From Ylistrum balloti (Eukaryota): 64,000 bases of DNA. Under the pieces are notes generated by a model, which was not told the DNA's origin, made no database searches, and saw nothing but the letters and a program-made list of their open reading frames with translations. Location: the NCBI RefSeq assembly GCF_031769215.1, contig NW_026781969.1:124001-188000 (forward strand). Reading direction: 5' to 3'. Positions 12,906 through 27,700 of this stretch are shown one piece after another. The position numbers and the translations under genes are program-made. Each line of letters opens with the position of its first letter. The stretch's first letter is position 1.

Positions 12906-15347
12906 CTTTAACACTTTGTGCCTATGAATTATGTCATGGTTATGTATCATATGACGCGAATTAGTTTATCTCTCAATAGAACGTCACGTACACTATAGAC
13001 ATGGTTTATGTATCTATGAAATGCAGCTTGGTGATAAGAAATGGTCTACAATCAGTAAGTTTCATAAATCTTAAACATATTCTATATATCTAGATATTGA
13101 CTTGAGCAGGCCAGGTGGTAAGGTTGATAAGATGTCCCCTCCAAAGATTGCCCAATCATGTGCCACAGAACACAGACGGTAGTTCTCGTCTATATTAACT
13201 CAGACATCTCCTTTAAGACATGACCATATATAGCAGTGTGAGGAAGGTTAGGGTGATTGTACACCTACTCTGTGCTGTGTTGATAGAATAGTAATTTGTT
13301 TACTTTTATGAAGTTTAACGTTCTTGCAACAGCCAATGTCATATGAGATGAAAACAAATCAAAGAAAAGGACAGAAAAAGGGAAAAAAAACATGACGATC
13401 AGAGGTGTCGCAAAGGTAGCAGCAGATTTATGTTGGTCTGTCCAACGTCGCGGTGCTAACACACGGATGAAAAGACCGAACCGCTTATTAAGTCGCATCC
13501 TATGATATGTCAATAGCGGACAGAAAGCTCTATTCTGGGGCCATTCGATATCCTAATGACAGAGGACGTAGGAGAAACTAACCCCAGCCTACAAGGGACA
13601 TCCCACTAATACCAGAAGATTGTGTGGAAACGCCTAATATATAAGTTCAGATATTATTTGTGTTCAGATCGATGAAGATTCCACGTGTCTACCTGACTGA
13701 TCAATAAATTTACCTGTACACCAACGTCTCCCACATCAACTATTTCACCTTCCATTAATAACATCAATTGTCTGTTTGTAGAATACAAATCACGAGTTTT
13801 CAGTTTGAGCAGCAAACATCACATGTTATAGCTCTACTACTACTGTTGTCTGATATAGAATAGTTATGTAGGTGATTTACATATAGACATGTGATCTATT
13901 TTCTGAGAGCGGTTCATCACTTACCTGTTGTGATCTCTTATTATCTCAATGTTGACTCCAGGTAATCCTTACGATTTTCATAATTTATAAATTCTACGAA
14001 CGACAATGATTTACACAAAATAAAAAAAATATTAAAAACTATCGAATTTTGTTATGTAAATATCCCTCCGTCTAATACCAGTCACACACGAGTCGACGAT
14101 ATTCTCGTACTGAAAGCGATATTTCATTTCCTAGAAAATATTAATAACCTTAAGCATACATCCGATATCATAAAAGCGCTTCTGGCTTGTGTCGATGTAA
14201 AGGAGGGAACTAAATCAGTTCCGGTTCGATAAGCACCCTGAATAATATTTCGTTGATATCTTTCGGTAAATATTATACGATGCTTTGGGAAACTGACGAG
14301 GGGTGAAGCGATTTGTCAGCGATGTCTGGCGATCAGTCAAATGATGACAGGTAATGAGTAGACCTACCGTCGGTCTCGCTTGGATGATCACGCGATGTGT
14401 ACAGTATACAACAGGAGAAGATAGAGTCTTAAGGAGGAAGAGAAAGCAGGAACAGGAAACACAACAAAATGTTTATGCTTGTTCTTACGGTAGAAAGATT
14501 GCATAAGTCCGACATGTAAAAGCCAAACCTTTTTCTATATATACTTACCATTATCAAACCCCACCTATAATTATTTTATGAGATCAAAACTGATTAAAAG
14601 GAAAAAATCGTCCAGGGTTGTTTATATAAATATAAATGAAAACCATGTATATTGATATTTGAAATAAATAGTCTTGTAGCCAAATCCGAGAAGGCTTCTA
14701 GAGCTTGGCACACGTGTTATGAGCGCTGTAAAAAGACAAAAGTTATTATTTGTCACATCTAAAAGCTTTCGTGTGTCGCTTTACTGTATGTTCAAAAAAC
14801 ATTCACAGCGTTCTGTAATATATCTTGCGTATATTTATCCAACTATGAATTTAGTCACTAAGTATTTTGTCACTTCCGGTTTGAAGCACACGTGGTTCGG
14901 AAATGTCAGAATTATTGTTTTCAGGATTATCAACGCGTTTTCTTTGTTTAAACAGAGACGTATATACGTCTCTGGTTTAAATTAGATAACAATTTCATCA
15001 AATTTGAGATAGCGTAACCTTTCAACAAAATTTGAATCAGTTCGTGCTTTGTTCATCACAGAATCTTAAGTCACGAGAAAGATTCTAAACTTCCTAGTTA
15101 TTTGTGTCATTTAATGTCGGGTAAGTCGTACAGTGTTAACTAAAGACGTGTATGGCCAGGTGGGTGGTGATACGGTATGGTATCATGATACTTCAAAACT
15201 GAGAAATTATACCTGATAACTAACATTTCATCCCAAACAAAGTGATTTCTGCAACGTGATGACATCTTTTGGTTTGAATACTAATTGTGAAATAAATATA
15301 AAATCATCATTATTAAACTACAGGTGAAAATAACCTATCATACTTAA

Positions 15348-16175
15348 CATGCTTTACACCGGAAGTCCTATCACTGGCATGTTGCACTGGATATTCTATC
15401 ACTAGCATGTTACACAGGAAGTTCTATCATTAGGATGTTACACAGGAAGTTCTATCATTAGGATGTTACACCGGAAGTCCTATCATTAGGATGTTACACA
15501 GGAAGTTCTATCACTAGCATGTTACACAGGAAGTTATATTATTAGGATGTTACACCAGAAGTTCTATCATTAGGATGTTACACAGGAAGTTCTATCATTA
15601 GGATGTTACACAGGAAGTTCTATCATTAGGATGTTACACAGGAAGTTATATCATTAGGATGTTACACAGGAAGTTCTATCACTAGCATGTTACACAGGAA
15701 GTTCTATCATTAGGATGTTACACAGGAAGTTCTATCATTAGGATGTTACACAGGAAGTTCTATCACCAGCATGTTACACAGGAAGTTCTATCACTAGGAT
15801 GTTACACAGGAAGTTCTATCATTAGGATGTTACACAGGAAGTTCTATCATTAGGATGTTACACAGGAAGTTCTATCACCAGCATGTTACACAGGAAGTTC
15901 TATCACTGGCATGTTACACCGGAAATTCTATCATTAGCATGTTACACAGGAAGTTCTATCACTGGCATGTTACACCGGAAATTCTATCATTAGCATGTTA
16001 CACAGGAAGTTCTATCACTGGCATGTTACACCGGAAATTCTATCACTAGCATGTTACACAGGTAGTTGTATCACTAGGATGTTACACTGGAAGTTCTATC
16101 ATTATGTTACACAGGAAGCTCCAGTGAAGATAGGATGTTACACAGGAAACTTCAGTGATGGTTACACAGGAAGCA
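15348..16175. repeat. 28-bp minisatellite
   Basis: tgttacacaggaagttctatcattagga. Confidence 0.95.
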
Positions 16176-16547
16176 TCAAGATATCATAGTTATCATAATT
16201 TCAACAGCAAATTGTTTTCTTTCCTCACAGATTGTTGTTAACTATAAAATATACCGCTAATGGCATAAAACAGCAGATTTGTTGCTAAACATTAATGTTT
16301 AAAACTAACTCATTCACTTTGTTTTAATTTAAAAAATAAGAATTGTGAAATTCCTATGTGTTTATTATGTTTGTATGCATGAAAAACGAAGCCTGAATTT
16401 CTGTTTACGGTTTTATTTATAGCCTAAAAAGAAATTGACAATTATACAAACACAGCACAAATAAACTCACACAATAAACTATGATAACTTCAGGTAAAAA
16501 ATTTAGATTTTGTATCAATAAGATAAAGGACACTATTTGGAATCTAA

Positions 16548-17135
16548 ATTATTGCTAACGAGTTTGCAGTATTGCTAACGAGTCTACAGTATTGCTATAA
16601 CGAGTCTACAGTATTGCTAATGAGTCTACAGCATTGCTAACGAGTCTACAGTATTGCTAATGTGTCTTAGGTATTGCTAAAAAGTCTACAGTATTGCTAA
16701 TGTGTCTTAAGTATTGCTAACGAGTCTACATAATTGCTAATGTGTTTTAGGTATTGCTAAAAAGTCTACAGTATTGCTAATGTGTCTTAAGTATTGCTAA
16801 CGAGTCTACATAATTGCTAATGTGTCTTAGGTATTGCTAACGGGTCTACAGTGTTGCTAATGTGTCTTAAGTATTGCTAACGAGTCTACATAATTGCTAA
16901 TGTGTCTTAGGTATTGCTAACGGGTCTACAGTATTGCTAATGTGTCTTAAGTATTGCTAATGTGTCTTAAGTATTGCTAACGAGTCTACAGTATTGCTAT
17001 TGAGTCTTAAGTATTGCTAACGAGTCTTAAGTATTGCTAATGATTCTACAGTGTGGATAAAAAGTCTTAAGTATTGGTAACGAGTCTAAAGTATTGCTAA
17101 CGAGTCTGCAGTATTGGTAACGAGTCGTAAGTATT
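16548..17135. repeat. 20-bp minisatellite
   Basis: gtattgctaacgagtctaca / gtattgctaatgtgtcttaa. Confidence 0.95.
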
Positions 17136-17427
17136 AAAGTTTGCTATATATTTGTAAAAATTGAGGAATGTAAGGTCTCCTAAATAAGATATATACAAAT
17201 AATTATAACTTGCAATGTTTAGCTTGTAGCAATTATTCACAAACAAAAACATTAGAGTGTACAGAAGTGTGATGCAAATAATTGAAATTTTATAAACTCC
17301 CTATCTTCACCTGGTCGATATGCCTACCTAGGGAAAACATAAATTAAAATTCTGTTGCTGCTGTTTACTTCTCGGTTACAACACGGTAACGGGAAAATGT
17401 TTGGGGATTCATTGATTGGTTGATTAC

Positions 17428-17607
17428 CAAAGTTGGGGTAAGGGAGATTACTCTTGTCATGTAGGTAATTATGATAAAGCCAAGGTTGGTGTAAAGGAGA
17501 TTACTCTTGTCATTCTATAATGACAAAGTAAAGTTTGGTGTAAGGGAGATTACTCTAGGCAGGTTATTGTTACAATGCTTAGGTTGGTGTAAGGGAGATT
17601 ACACCAG
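17428..17607. repeat. About 51-bp degenerate repeat x4
   Basis: ggtgtaagggagattac core repeated. Confidence 0.75.
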
Positions 17608-18109
17608 GCATAACGACACATAAAAGGTCATTAGGGTCATCAACCGGTAAAACACACAGAGATCCATAAGGAAATAACATTAAACAAACCAAAAGGTAAA
17701 AGACAAATGTTGAAAATCTTAAATGGGTATGTTAACACAAAATGTCAAAATGCTACGTCATAGTCTATTATATAGACCAACATTTTTCCGGTAATCTAGA
17801 ATTTTACAAATCTCAACAGTTCCAAAAAGAGTTTTTACACGTGTAACATTACGATAAAACATTCTCGAGTAGACAGAAGGTCAATGCAGTCCAATAAAAA
17901 AATGTTTAACGGTGAATGGCTCATTGCATCCTATGCGCCGAGGTTATTTTCGACTTTCAACAAACATATATGAATGTGTAATTTAAGTTTTACGGAGTGC
18001 AATTAATTATTGGTATATGTATTCCATTCCGCCTGCCACTGAGCTGTTAAAATTTGTTTAATATATGGTTTAAAATCGATTAAATAGAGTTTTTAAAAAA
18101 CAACAGGTG

Positions 18110-18250
18110 GTAGTGATAAAGCTTCCTTTGCGTCACGATCTGCATTTTCATTGCTTGGTATTCCCATGTGCCCAGGAACCCAGCAAAAAGGAATAACAAA
18201 GTGAAAGGCAAGTTCATGATATAGTATTAATGTATTACGAATGAAAATAT
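18110..18250 (-). mobile_element. Non-LTR retrotransposon RNase H relic
   Basis: FCWVPGHMGIPSNENADRDAKEAL resembles the W-x-P-x-H-x-G-I-x-G-N-E-x-A-D-x-x-A-K RNase H motif of I/R1-type LINEs. Confidence 0.65.
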
Positions 18251-18735
18251 TTTCGATGTTTCTATGACTGACTTTGTCGAACAGAAAGAGAGTCTGAATG
18301 GATAACACACACACACACACACAAAAAAATATATATACATAAATAACTAAACTATATTTGGTCACTTTAGAGTAAAGACATAAAACTATGAGAAATAGTT
18401 TGTTTAACCGAATTTCTTCACATATAACGTAAAACATGCTTATGACATATGACCATGAATACATCATCAGGAATGTTAGAAAATGAATTATTAACAAATT
18501 AATCTTAGCGGATGTCAAAGTTGAAACTATCGACAAATATTATTGATGTCCACAATGAGTGTTTGATGCTGTTGATCGAAGTGAAGTTGGACTAATACAT
18601 TTGACTTAACATGTAACAATTAGGTATCAAAACAATAACTAATTCCATTCTCGTTTTACTCGTGTCTTTTCATGTTGGAAAATGAAGTAATGCTGGGAGT
18701 ACGATGACTCCACGTAGTGCCGAATGACTTTCATT

Positions 18736-18757
18736 TTAAGGCCATCGATCGGGAGCT
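18736..18757 (-). CDS. Gene B candidate terminal exon (RAPDRWP-stop)
   Basis: Strong acceptor tttgtattccag; phase-2 join gives RAPDRWP*. Too short to verify by homology. Confidence 0.4.
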
Positions 18758-21700
18758 CTGGAATACAAAATACAATTTATAATCATTATAGAAATGTACC
18801 GAAGACATAATGTTATGATTGAGAGAGAAAATTAATTTATCCTGTCTTTCTATTTCCACTTTGGGATCAACGTTCTTACAACAGACCTGTATATAAATGA
18901 TATAAAAATAGATGTTCTTTTCTACATCAATGCGTAATCTGATACTGAATACTTAACCCTATCAGAATGAATCCGAACAGATAAAATATAGCGTACGGAG
19001 AATTTTAATTGTTTATATTATATTGACAAATCAGTTCTTACTGCTGACTTACTTGCAACAATGGTCCAAACAAAGCCATAACTAGGACACTAGAGTATAA
19101 CCCTCTGAAGGACACCAATAAAATGTACTGATATCTTAACATCAAACGAAATGTCAACAAAAAGAATGCGAGATATGGACAAAAGGAGATTTCAATGAAG
19201 ATGCCTGAAAAATAATAAGGTGCATGGACCGTCTAGTCTGTCTATGGACTGTGTAGGAAATCGACATATTGAAATATACCACAGAAACATGCTTAGCAGA
19301 CATATTCAATAACGCCTGAGTAAAAAACAAAAAACCAGAAGGAGATTATGAGCACCACAAACCTGTTCGCAAAGAATGGATGCCGTTTCAATAAGGTACC
19401 AGTGATGTATTGATAAGATGTGAGCCTGACTATTTTAGTTTGTGCACCCGAAGACTGGTGTTATTTGCTTAGTGTCAAGAAGGGGAAGCACATTAAAGTA
19501 AACAAGGCAAGTGACTTTTGCAAAATCGACAAAAACGCTTAAAGAGCAGTGATTCAACACTTGCATACGAAAGGTATAACACCTAAGGATATCCATACTG
19601 TAATGGTATGAATGATGTCCCTTCGTATGCTTCAGTGAATAGGTTGGTGGCGGAATTTAAGCGTGGCAGGCAGAGCCTCTGGAAGGTCACTCGTCCTGGA
19701 AAACACCGTTGCAACCCCAGAAATGGTAAATAAAATCCATGATATTGTTATGGCTGACGGTGAGTTACAGAGAGATATATATCCAGTATAGTTGGGTTTT
19801 CACAGGAAAGAATATGTTTGTTTCTTACGGGAGACCTTGCAACGAGAAATGTCTCAGTCCGTTGTGTAACAAGACTTTTGATCAGAAGCACTCCAGGCGG
19901 ACTTTGTCGCGAACTGATCTGACTTTTTAGAGGCAGTTCATGCTAACTTTCTTCACAGGTTTGTAACTATGGATGAAACGTGGGTCCATTCTTTCATCTA
20001 ACATACCAAGCAACAGTCTAAACAATAGAGGCACCCTGGTCCACACCGAAAAAGAAAGCAAAGACTGTTCCATCGTAATGCTACTGAAAGGGATTATGTT
20101 TCAAATAATGCAATATGTCTGCCAACATTCAAACCCTTAAATGTGAGGCGCACAGCCTATCAATCAACCTTTGTATGTGAAGTGTATTAGATATTTGTAA
20201 CCTTCTGAACCCAATTCTATGACAAAATGATCACTAGATATATTGCTGTAATTTAAACAAGATTCAAAATATATTTTGTCGGATGAATAATAAATCTTAG
20301 AATTTTACTGTGTCCGATACAGCATATCCTTATACGACATCACTAACAATAATGGATGACGTCATCAAAGCATACTTTCCTGTTAATTAGCTGCTACACC
20401 GCACGATGAAGTCGATGAAAAGTACGATATAAGACACTTTATCTTATTTGAACATGCAGCGATTTTTAAAAACAGCAGCTACTATTTGACAAACATACCT
20501 AACTACACAAGCAAATCCATGCTTTTCATTGCAGCTGACAACTTTCCAATCGTAAATAGTCAGTGTATCATTTTCATAACCAGAGTGCATGTAATCCATT
20601 GCCAAACACAAGTCGTCCCCGCCGGACGATGTTCCTGTAATGCTGATCCACGCAGGTAATGGCGGTGTAAATGAGACTGCTGTCCAAATTTGGCCACGCG
20701 TTGCACCTTTGACTGACAAACAATAGAAATAAGAATACGATAGCAACAACTGCAACAAATTCTTAACAAAAGAAAAACACCTTATCCATACAACGAGAAT
20801 AAGACCAGATTTTCAGAAAGGTAAGCGGTTTGGCCATCGACAACCCCCGCCATGCAAATCTTAGTCAATCCAAATGTGTTATGTCAGATTCCCAAAAGGA
20901 AAGCGATAAATGTCATTTAACCACGGACTCGGTTTTAAGGAATCTTAGAAGGAATGCTGCTAAAATTACCTTCCTGACGGTACACGATTTTAGATGATGT
21001 ATTGAGGAGACTAAAATAGATGTCTATTTAATGTTTTTTATAAATAACACACACACGTGTTTATTATGAGCGTTTGTATACTAAGACCGGTCACGTTTGT
21101 CACTTTGTAAACCGATAACCCTAAATTACGAGAAAATGATTTTAATTCAATAAGTCTTCATGTGTCTGACCTATACATATATGGCTTCATTAGGAAGTAG
21201 ATTTAGCTGTACCTTTATGCAATAAGAAAGTAAATAACCCCTATCCCACACCTATTCGTAAATCATTCTTAACTTTATATGAACGATAGAATCGCACATC
21301 TGTGCGACAGAACAGCAAATCGTGCGTACAGATTTCCTAACGTACACACTTATTGCATACATCTCGTGCACATTCCACAACTTTACATATTTTGAAATTG
21401 GGATACTGAACATTTATTTAATTTCGATAATGTTTCCCGTTTTGTTTACCAAATTTCGCACATGTCTTTTCATCGTTACCAATACAATGATGAAAACATG
21501 CATTTTACAAGGTTTTGAATCACTTTGAGAACCTTTATTTTCATGACCGCGAATGTAGCGATATTGAAAACCCCGCAAATATTGCCATCTTCATATTACT
21601 ACAGTGTGAATAACGACATTTCGAAATAGAAACATGACCTTTACCTCGTGAATCTATAGGAACTGTTGGAAGAAGTTAAACAAACATATCCTGTAAAACC

Positions 21701-24700
21701 CAAACTGTACAAATTTAGTAAGACCTTGACGGGATAGTTTAACTGTTTATATTCTATATGAAATATATATATTCTTTGGGGTGATAGGTTCCTGAGATAG
21801 CGACAAGCTTGTCATTGGAATAAGTTATTGCTGCTCCTTGCTTAATGTTCAATTAATTATTTGTCTCTATTGTATCTAATGATAAATTGGTATCGAAATG
21901 TGCTACTCACTTTTCCTTCAGTAAACAGGTGATAAACACTGATGGTGGACTTTTAGGCCCTGAGGTTTGTTGTAATCGGCACTTTTCAATTTATTCGAAT
22001 CATGAAACATTTTAAAATATACAATTATACTGAGCATTCTTCTGAAATAATCTGATATATGGCAATCATTACATTTATCAGATTTTGGAGGTAATGGATT
22101 GTCTATTTTAAGACTTAGGAATATAACATCACTGACGAGTCCCACATAGGCGAATCAGCGGTATGACGCAGTTTAATTCATTATTAAGCTCTGATGTAGC
22201 TAATGTTAAATTTGTACTGAAAGGTGCTATTCACCCTTATATCTTTTGTACAGTGTTCAAACAACAGGTTAAACCGGCCACTAAGTTGCCCGTACGTGAC
22301 CAGATAAGGTATTTCCTGCCGTATCAACGTTGTAACATTTCAGTGTGATGACGCTATCAAAGCGTCCTTGGTCTGCCACATTATTTATGAACACCATTTA
22401 TGACGGCGCTTGCTGATGGCAGGAAGCACCAGATCAACAAGTCTAACAGGCCATTTAATGACACATATGGAACTAAATAACGAGACATCGTTACAATTAA
22501 ATGTGATTAGTGTATCAAACTTACTCATTTTTCTCAATCGGAATTGAATCCAATTTCGATGGAAAAAATAGTCATCCCCGGACTCCATGTTCACCAATTC
22601 TCCTCCATATCTTGCACACGATTCCTGAAGTTAAACAGACACATTTTATTTATTTTTCATCACGATTTTAACGACACTGTTTCCTGATGGGATTTAATTA
22701 CATAGAAGATAAGCAATGATTAAATACATATGCAAGACCAACTACAGGAATCAGGTTCCTCTGTCAGAAGACTTGTAATAAATGTCTCGGGACTGATTTA
22801 TAATAATTAAAAATTATTTTTATTTTAGCGAAAAGTTCCAGATAAGAGTCGGGACGTTGAATGATTAGTTTTGTATTTTGCACGAAGTCACTTATTCCAT
22901 ATTGATTACCTTGTAAAAATATTTAGTTTGATTAATATCTAACGTAAGATAAGGCGTTTAGTATTTATTACGAAGTGTAATCAGAAATAGTTACAGCCTT
23001 AATACAAGTGTGCTCAGAAATAGTAACTGTCTAAATACAGGTATGATCAGAAATAGTGACTGTTTAAATACAGGTATGATCAGAAATAGTGACTGTCTAA
23101 ATACAGGTATGATCAGAAATAGTGACTGTCTAAATACAGGTATGATCAGAAATAGTGACTGTCTAAATACAGGTATGATCAGAAATAGTGACTGTCTAAA
23201 TACAGGTATGATCAGAAATAGTGACTGTCTAAATACAGGTATGATCAGAAATAGTGACTGTTTAAATACAGGTATGATCAGAAATAGTGACTGTCTAAAT
23301 ACAGGTATGATCAGAAATAGTGACTGTCTAAATACAGGTATGATCAGAAATAGTGACTGTCTAAATACAGGTATGATCAGAAATAGTGACTGTTTAAATA
23401 CAATAGTAATTTCCTTTATGGAAGGTGATCAGAAATAGTTAATATTGTTACTACATATAAAGTAGGTGATCAGATAAGATGCATATTTTAGATGTTTTAA
23501 TATGAAAAAGGTCTTTCACAGGCCTCGGATATCACTATAATTCTATTTACTTTTTTGAACCCAGTAAGTGAATTTATATACTTACTAAAACTTCCCTTGT
23601 ATTACCCACATCAAGTGACCTATAAGCATTTTGTATGGAAAGGTCCACATACTATAAAACCAACGGTTTTCGTGGGTTCGAATTTTATCATTTCACAAAT
23701 ATACCCATGTTTTATTTCAATTATTTCGTGGATACATATTACTCACTTAATCCACATAAAGGTCGTGTCAATCTATATCTGTTTATTATTTGGTGGACAC
23801 ATGGATTCGAGGAGAAACTATGAATCTACCAGAAAGAAAACTACAAGGAAAATGGATGACATTACAACCACCAGAATACCCTTGTGAGTAGTGAAATAAA
23901 AGTGAATGATTGATTAACACTGATCATTAACAAGTCTTTTTCGGTGTCCACTACCGAGACGCCGCCTCACCAAGGCGAGCCCATACCTAAAAAAATGAAC
24001 TAATAATCCATTATGTGACTTATATGTAAAGTTCTTCAGTCACACACCTTTTTATCCGTTGTAGACACTTCGGAGATGTTTATGAATCTTATGGGAGTAC
24101 AAATATTAGAGTAGACTTGAGTTTTGCATAATTTACATGTACATCATAGGGTAGAAAATCTACATAAAAAAGAGGAGACTGGTAACATAAAAATGATTTT
24201 TTAATGACTGCCATACATGCAGCGGTTGTCTAAGTTTGTCATTTTCAGTGCAGACATTGTTGCGTTCAGCCATTAACTCACAAGTTACCATTTCTGTTTT
24301 TATTGCATGAATTCATTATTGCCATAAATTGCCAAAACAAAAAAATTCTGCTGCAATTTCATTCAGCCGAATTTAGACTGTTTACCATATATTACTGATA
24401 TAATATGTTTTAATGGGGAGGATGCGAAAGGCATTAACATGTTGTTATATTATGCAAATATATATATACAAAAAATAAAACAAAATACGCACATTGGCTC
24501 CCATCCAATTTTGTAAGTCTTTATATACATTGAAACATAAATCGCCGTGTCGTCCCCAGGATTCCTGGCATTTCACAGTGCTATATTCTGTAAAATGAAA
24601 CCAAAAGAGCTCATCACAGAATTACTGTGAAGTAACGAAACATGTTCTAATTTATCATTCATGCTATTGTCAACCTTTATTCACTTGTGTTTTATGCTTC

Positions 24701-27700
24701 CATTTCCAGGTTATGACGCTTCGGTGTGATGACACTTTAAATGTGTCTGCCAATGGATCCGTCCGTCAAAACTGGTGATGAGGTTAGTCCCTACATCCGT
24801 GCAGGGAAGGGAGAAATTGTCTGTTGTATTCCAATGTAAGAAGCAACTTACTGTGAGGGAGAGTAACGTTAGAAATAATTACATCATCCATCCAACTGTA
24901 GAATCAATTTAAACTTCTATTTTCACCGCTGCCCTACTGTAACCAGTCTGACAATTTTTTTGTATTGTTTAACGTCCTAGCAACAGCTGTGGTCAATTGA
25001 GGACGGTTTTCCAATGTATATGAGAAGAGTACCTCTGTTTGCCAATTTTTTCCCTACGAGGCCGACTTTATCGAAATACACGAAAACCTTCAAGTCCTTC
25101 AGTTTCAGATATATAACAACATAGTTTCAGGAACAGTATATTACAAACACTAGTAAATATTATTAAGTATTGTTGAGGAGTACACTATGTGGAGTAATGT
25201 TTAAGCTATGGGTACCTCACTACTTACCATGGGGAACACAAATGTGTGTCGGTCCAGCTTCAACACATAACTCGCCGATTGCACAAGAATGTCCTCTGCA
25301 GGCACCCCCTAATTCCTGTGAAACAATTGTACAACAATTTTTCATTTATGATTTTTTCTCTCGGTCAGCTGTGTTGAAACAAAGTTTAATTCAAACCCAT
25401 AACAACAAATTCAATGGCAGAAACGCTTTGCTATTGTAATGATAAAAGTGTGGATATATAGAACATTTTCTGATGAAATGTCACACATGATGTACATTAC
25501 CAGTGTCCTGTCCAGAAAAGACGATCATTGAAAAATTAAATGCTGATTTACAATGAATTTTGTCAGTTATTCAAAATTTAGTGCTTATCAACACTTACCC
25601 ATGTCCCGCACTTAATCAATGTTATATACAAGAACTGGCTGTTATTTTTGTTTTTTAATTAAAAGCAATGGTCCCAAGTATCAAGTATACATTTTTGATA
25701 AATTTGATACCGTTCTCATGGCGAAATATTACATTTCTTTGTGCGATATAAAACTAGGCGTGCTTTTTGCACATTTGTTTGCCTGCTGGTTCCGTTATTG
25801 TATACTTTGTTCTCGTTTGAAAACTTGACTTTACTTACTTGGGTTGACAAGATTTATACTTGGTAGATGTTGTCAATGAAGCCCTACTCTCCCGGAACAC
25901 CTGGTCTTATTCTGCCAGTATTTTTTGTTTCAAGGAGTTTCCGTGTAAATATTACCCTAGTGTTATTGAATTCGAGTTTGGATAATGATTATGTTGACAA
26001 GTTGGTATTTTCAATTTTTGTTGCATTCATAACAATTACATGCGTGTGGATAGATCTAACCAGTGATTTGAAAAATACACCATCGGCAAATCAAAGAAAT
26101 CTTGACCTGCAGAATCTATGTCAATAACAAAATAAAAGAGACCTTTGAAATATTATACACAATACAATTTATTTTATTTATATGTCACATATCGATGTTA
26201 CAAGAAGTAAAGACCTTTTCTACGTTAAAGACACAGTTAAACAGCAGACATGAACTTATGAGACACTATAAAATTATACTATTCTACCTAAAATATTTAA
26301 TACTGTATTGTAAAATTTGTTATGCCTGTGGTACATAATAAAAAGCGATGTACATGATAAATTTTAAACATTTACACCCACATACATAAGATACATTGTA
26401 GCAGCTAAAGTATTTTGTATACAAGGATATAGAATACATTGTAGCAGCTAAAGTATTTTGTATACAAGGACATGAGATACAGTGTAGCAGCTAAAGTATT
26501 TTGTATACAAGGACATGAGATACAGTGTAGCAGCTAAAGTATTTTGTATACAAGGACATGAGATACAGTGTAGCAGCTAAAGTATTTTGTATACAAGGAT
26601 ATAGAATACATTGTAGCAGCTAAAGTATTTTGTATACAAGGACATGAGATACATTGTAGCAGCTAAAGTATTTTGTATACAAGGACATGAGATACAGTGT
26701 AGCAGCTAAAGTATTTTGTATACAAGGACATGAGATAGTGTAGCAGCTAAAGTATTTTGTATACAAGGACATGAGATACAGTGTAGCAGCTAAAGTATTT
26801 TGTATACAAGGACATGAGATACAGTGTAGCAGCTAAAGTATTTTGTATACAAGGACATGAGATACAGTGTAGCAGCTAAAGTATTTTGTATACAAAGACT
26901 TGTCATTATTGAATGAAACAAATATCTTCCAGATCCAAAAAGGACGGACTAAGCATAATTGCTGATCTGTTTATATCACTTCTTATGTCTGAGAGGAATT
27001 CACATTTAAGTTTATTTCATCTTCAACACTATAAGATGAACTCAAAAAACGATCTTGTTTAGGAATAACAGGACTCGGAATACCGACCTGTTTCCACTTA
27101 ATGCTTAGATTACCACCACGGACATTACTTGTCTGTGACTAAAATGCATGATATTATTAACATAGGGTTCAGGGCTCAGCTCATTCTTATATGTTCTCAG
27201 CTTATTCCCATTTGTATGACCGTTTTCATTCCATAGTCGACGATACCAGTTCATCTTCCTGCAGACGTTTAGCTTTCTCAAAGCACAGTTTAACGTTTTG
27301 GTTATGAGCAAAGTAAACGGACAATGAGCTTTGGTTAAGCAGTTTTAGTACCCGAAATTCCCAGCTTCTCCGGTTTTCCTATTGACCACTGATGTATTCT
27401 ATAAACTAATCGGTTGTGATCAGATCCGTTCAATCTTAATCATAACTTTCATACCCCCACTCTTTGCTTCACGACGCAAGAACTCCAACCACGATCATCT
27501 CTTTTTGCAACATTCGGTGCCCTTTTAACAGTACCAAGAAAGTAGCAGCATTTATAAACCACAAACTAAGATATTTGTATAATTGTTTATGGAAGAGGAC
27601 GTCCCTAAGTTGTTTAACTTGTGTCCAATTCCATTTGATTTTTGGTAAAACAAAACATGTTTAAACTCAACTCACTATATCGATTTGTAGAACCAATCCG

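Noticed and set aside
13420-13620. SINE-like relic
   Set aside because: Resemblance is only impressionistic; no clear A/B boxes or second copy in the window.
14285-14310. Other CUGANGA motifs (here and near 30735)
   Set aside because: No stem II followed by GAAA, so not hammerheads.
13715-14440. Several small AG..GT-bounded minus-strand segments (about 13720-13777, 13925-13970, 14370-14432)
   Set aside because: No consistent reading frame or homology. They might be UTR exons but are unsupported.
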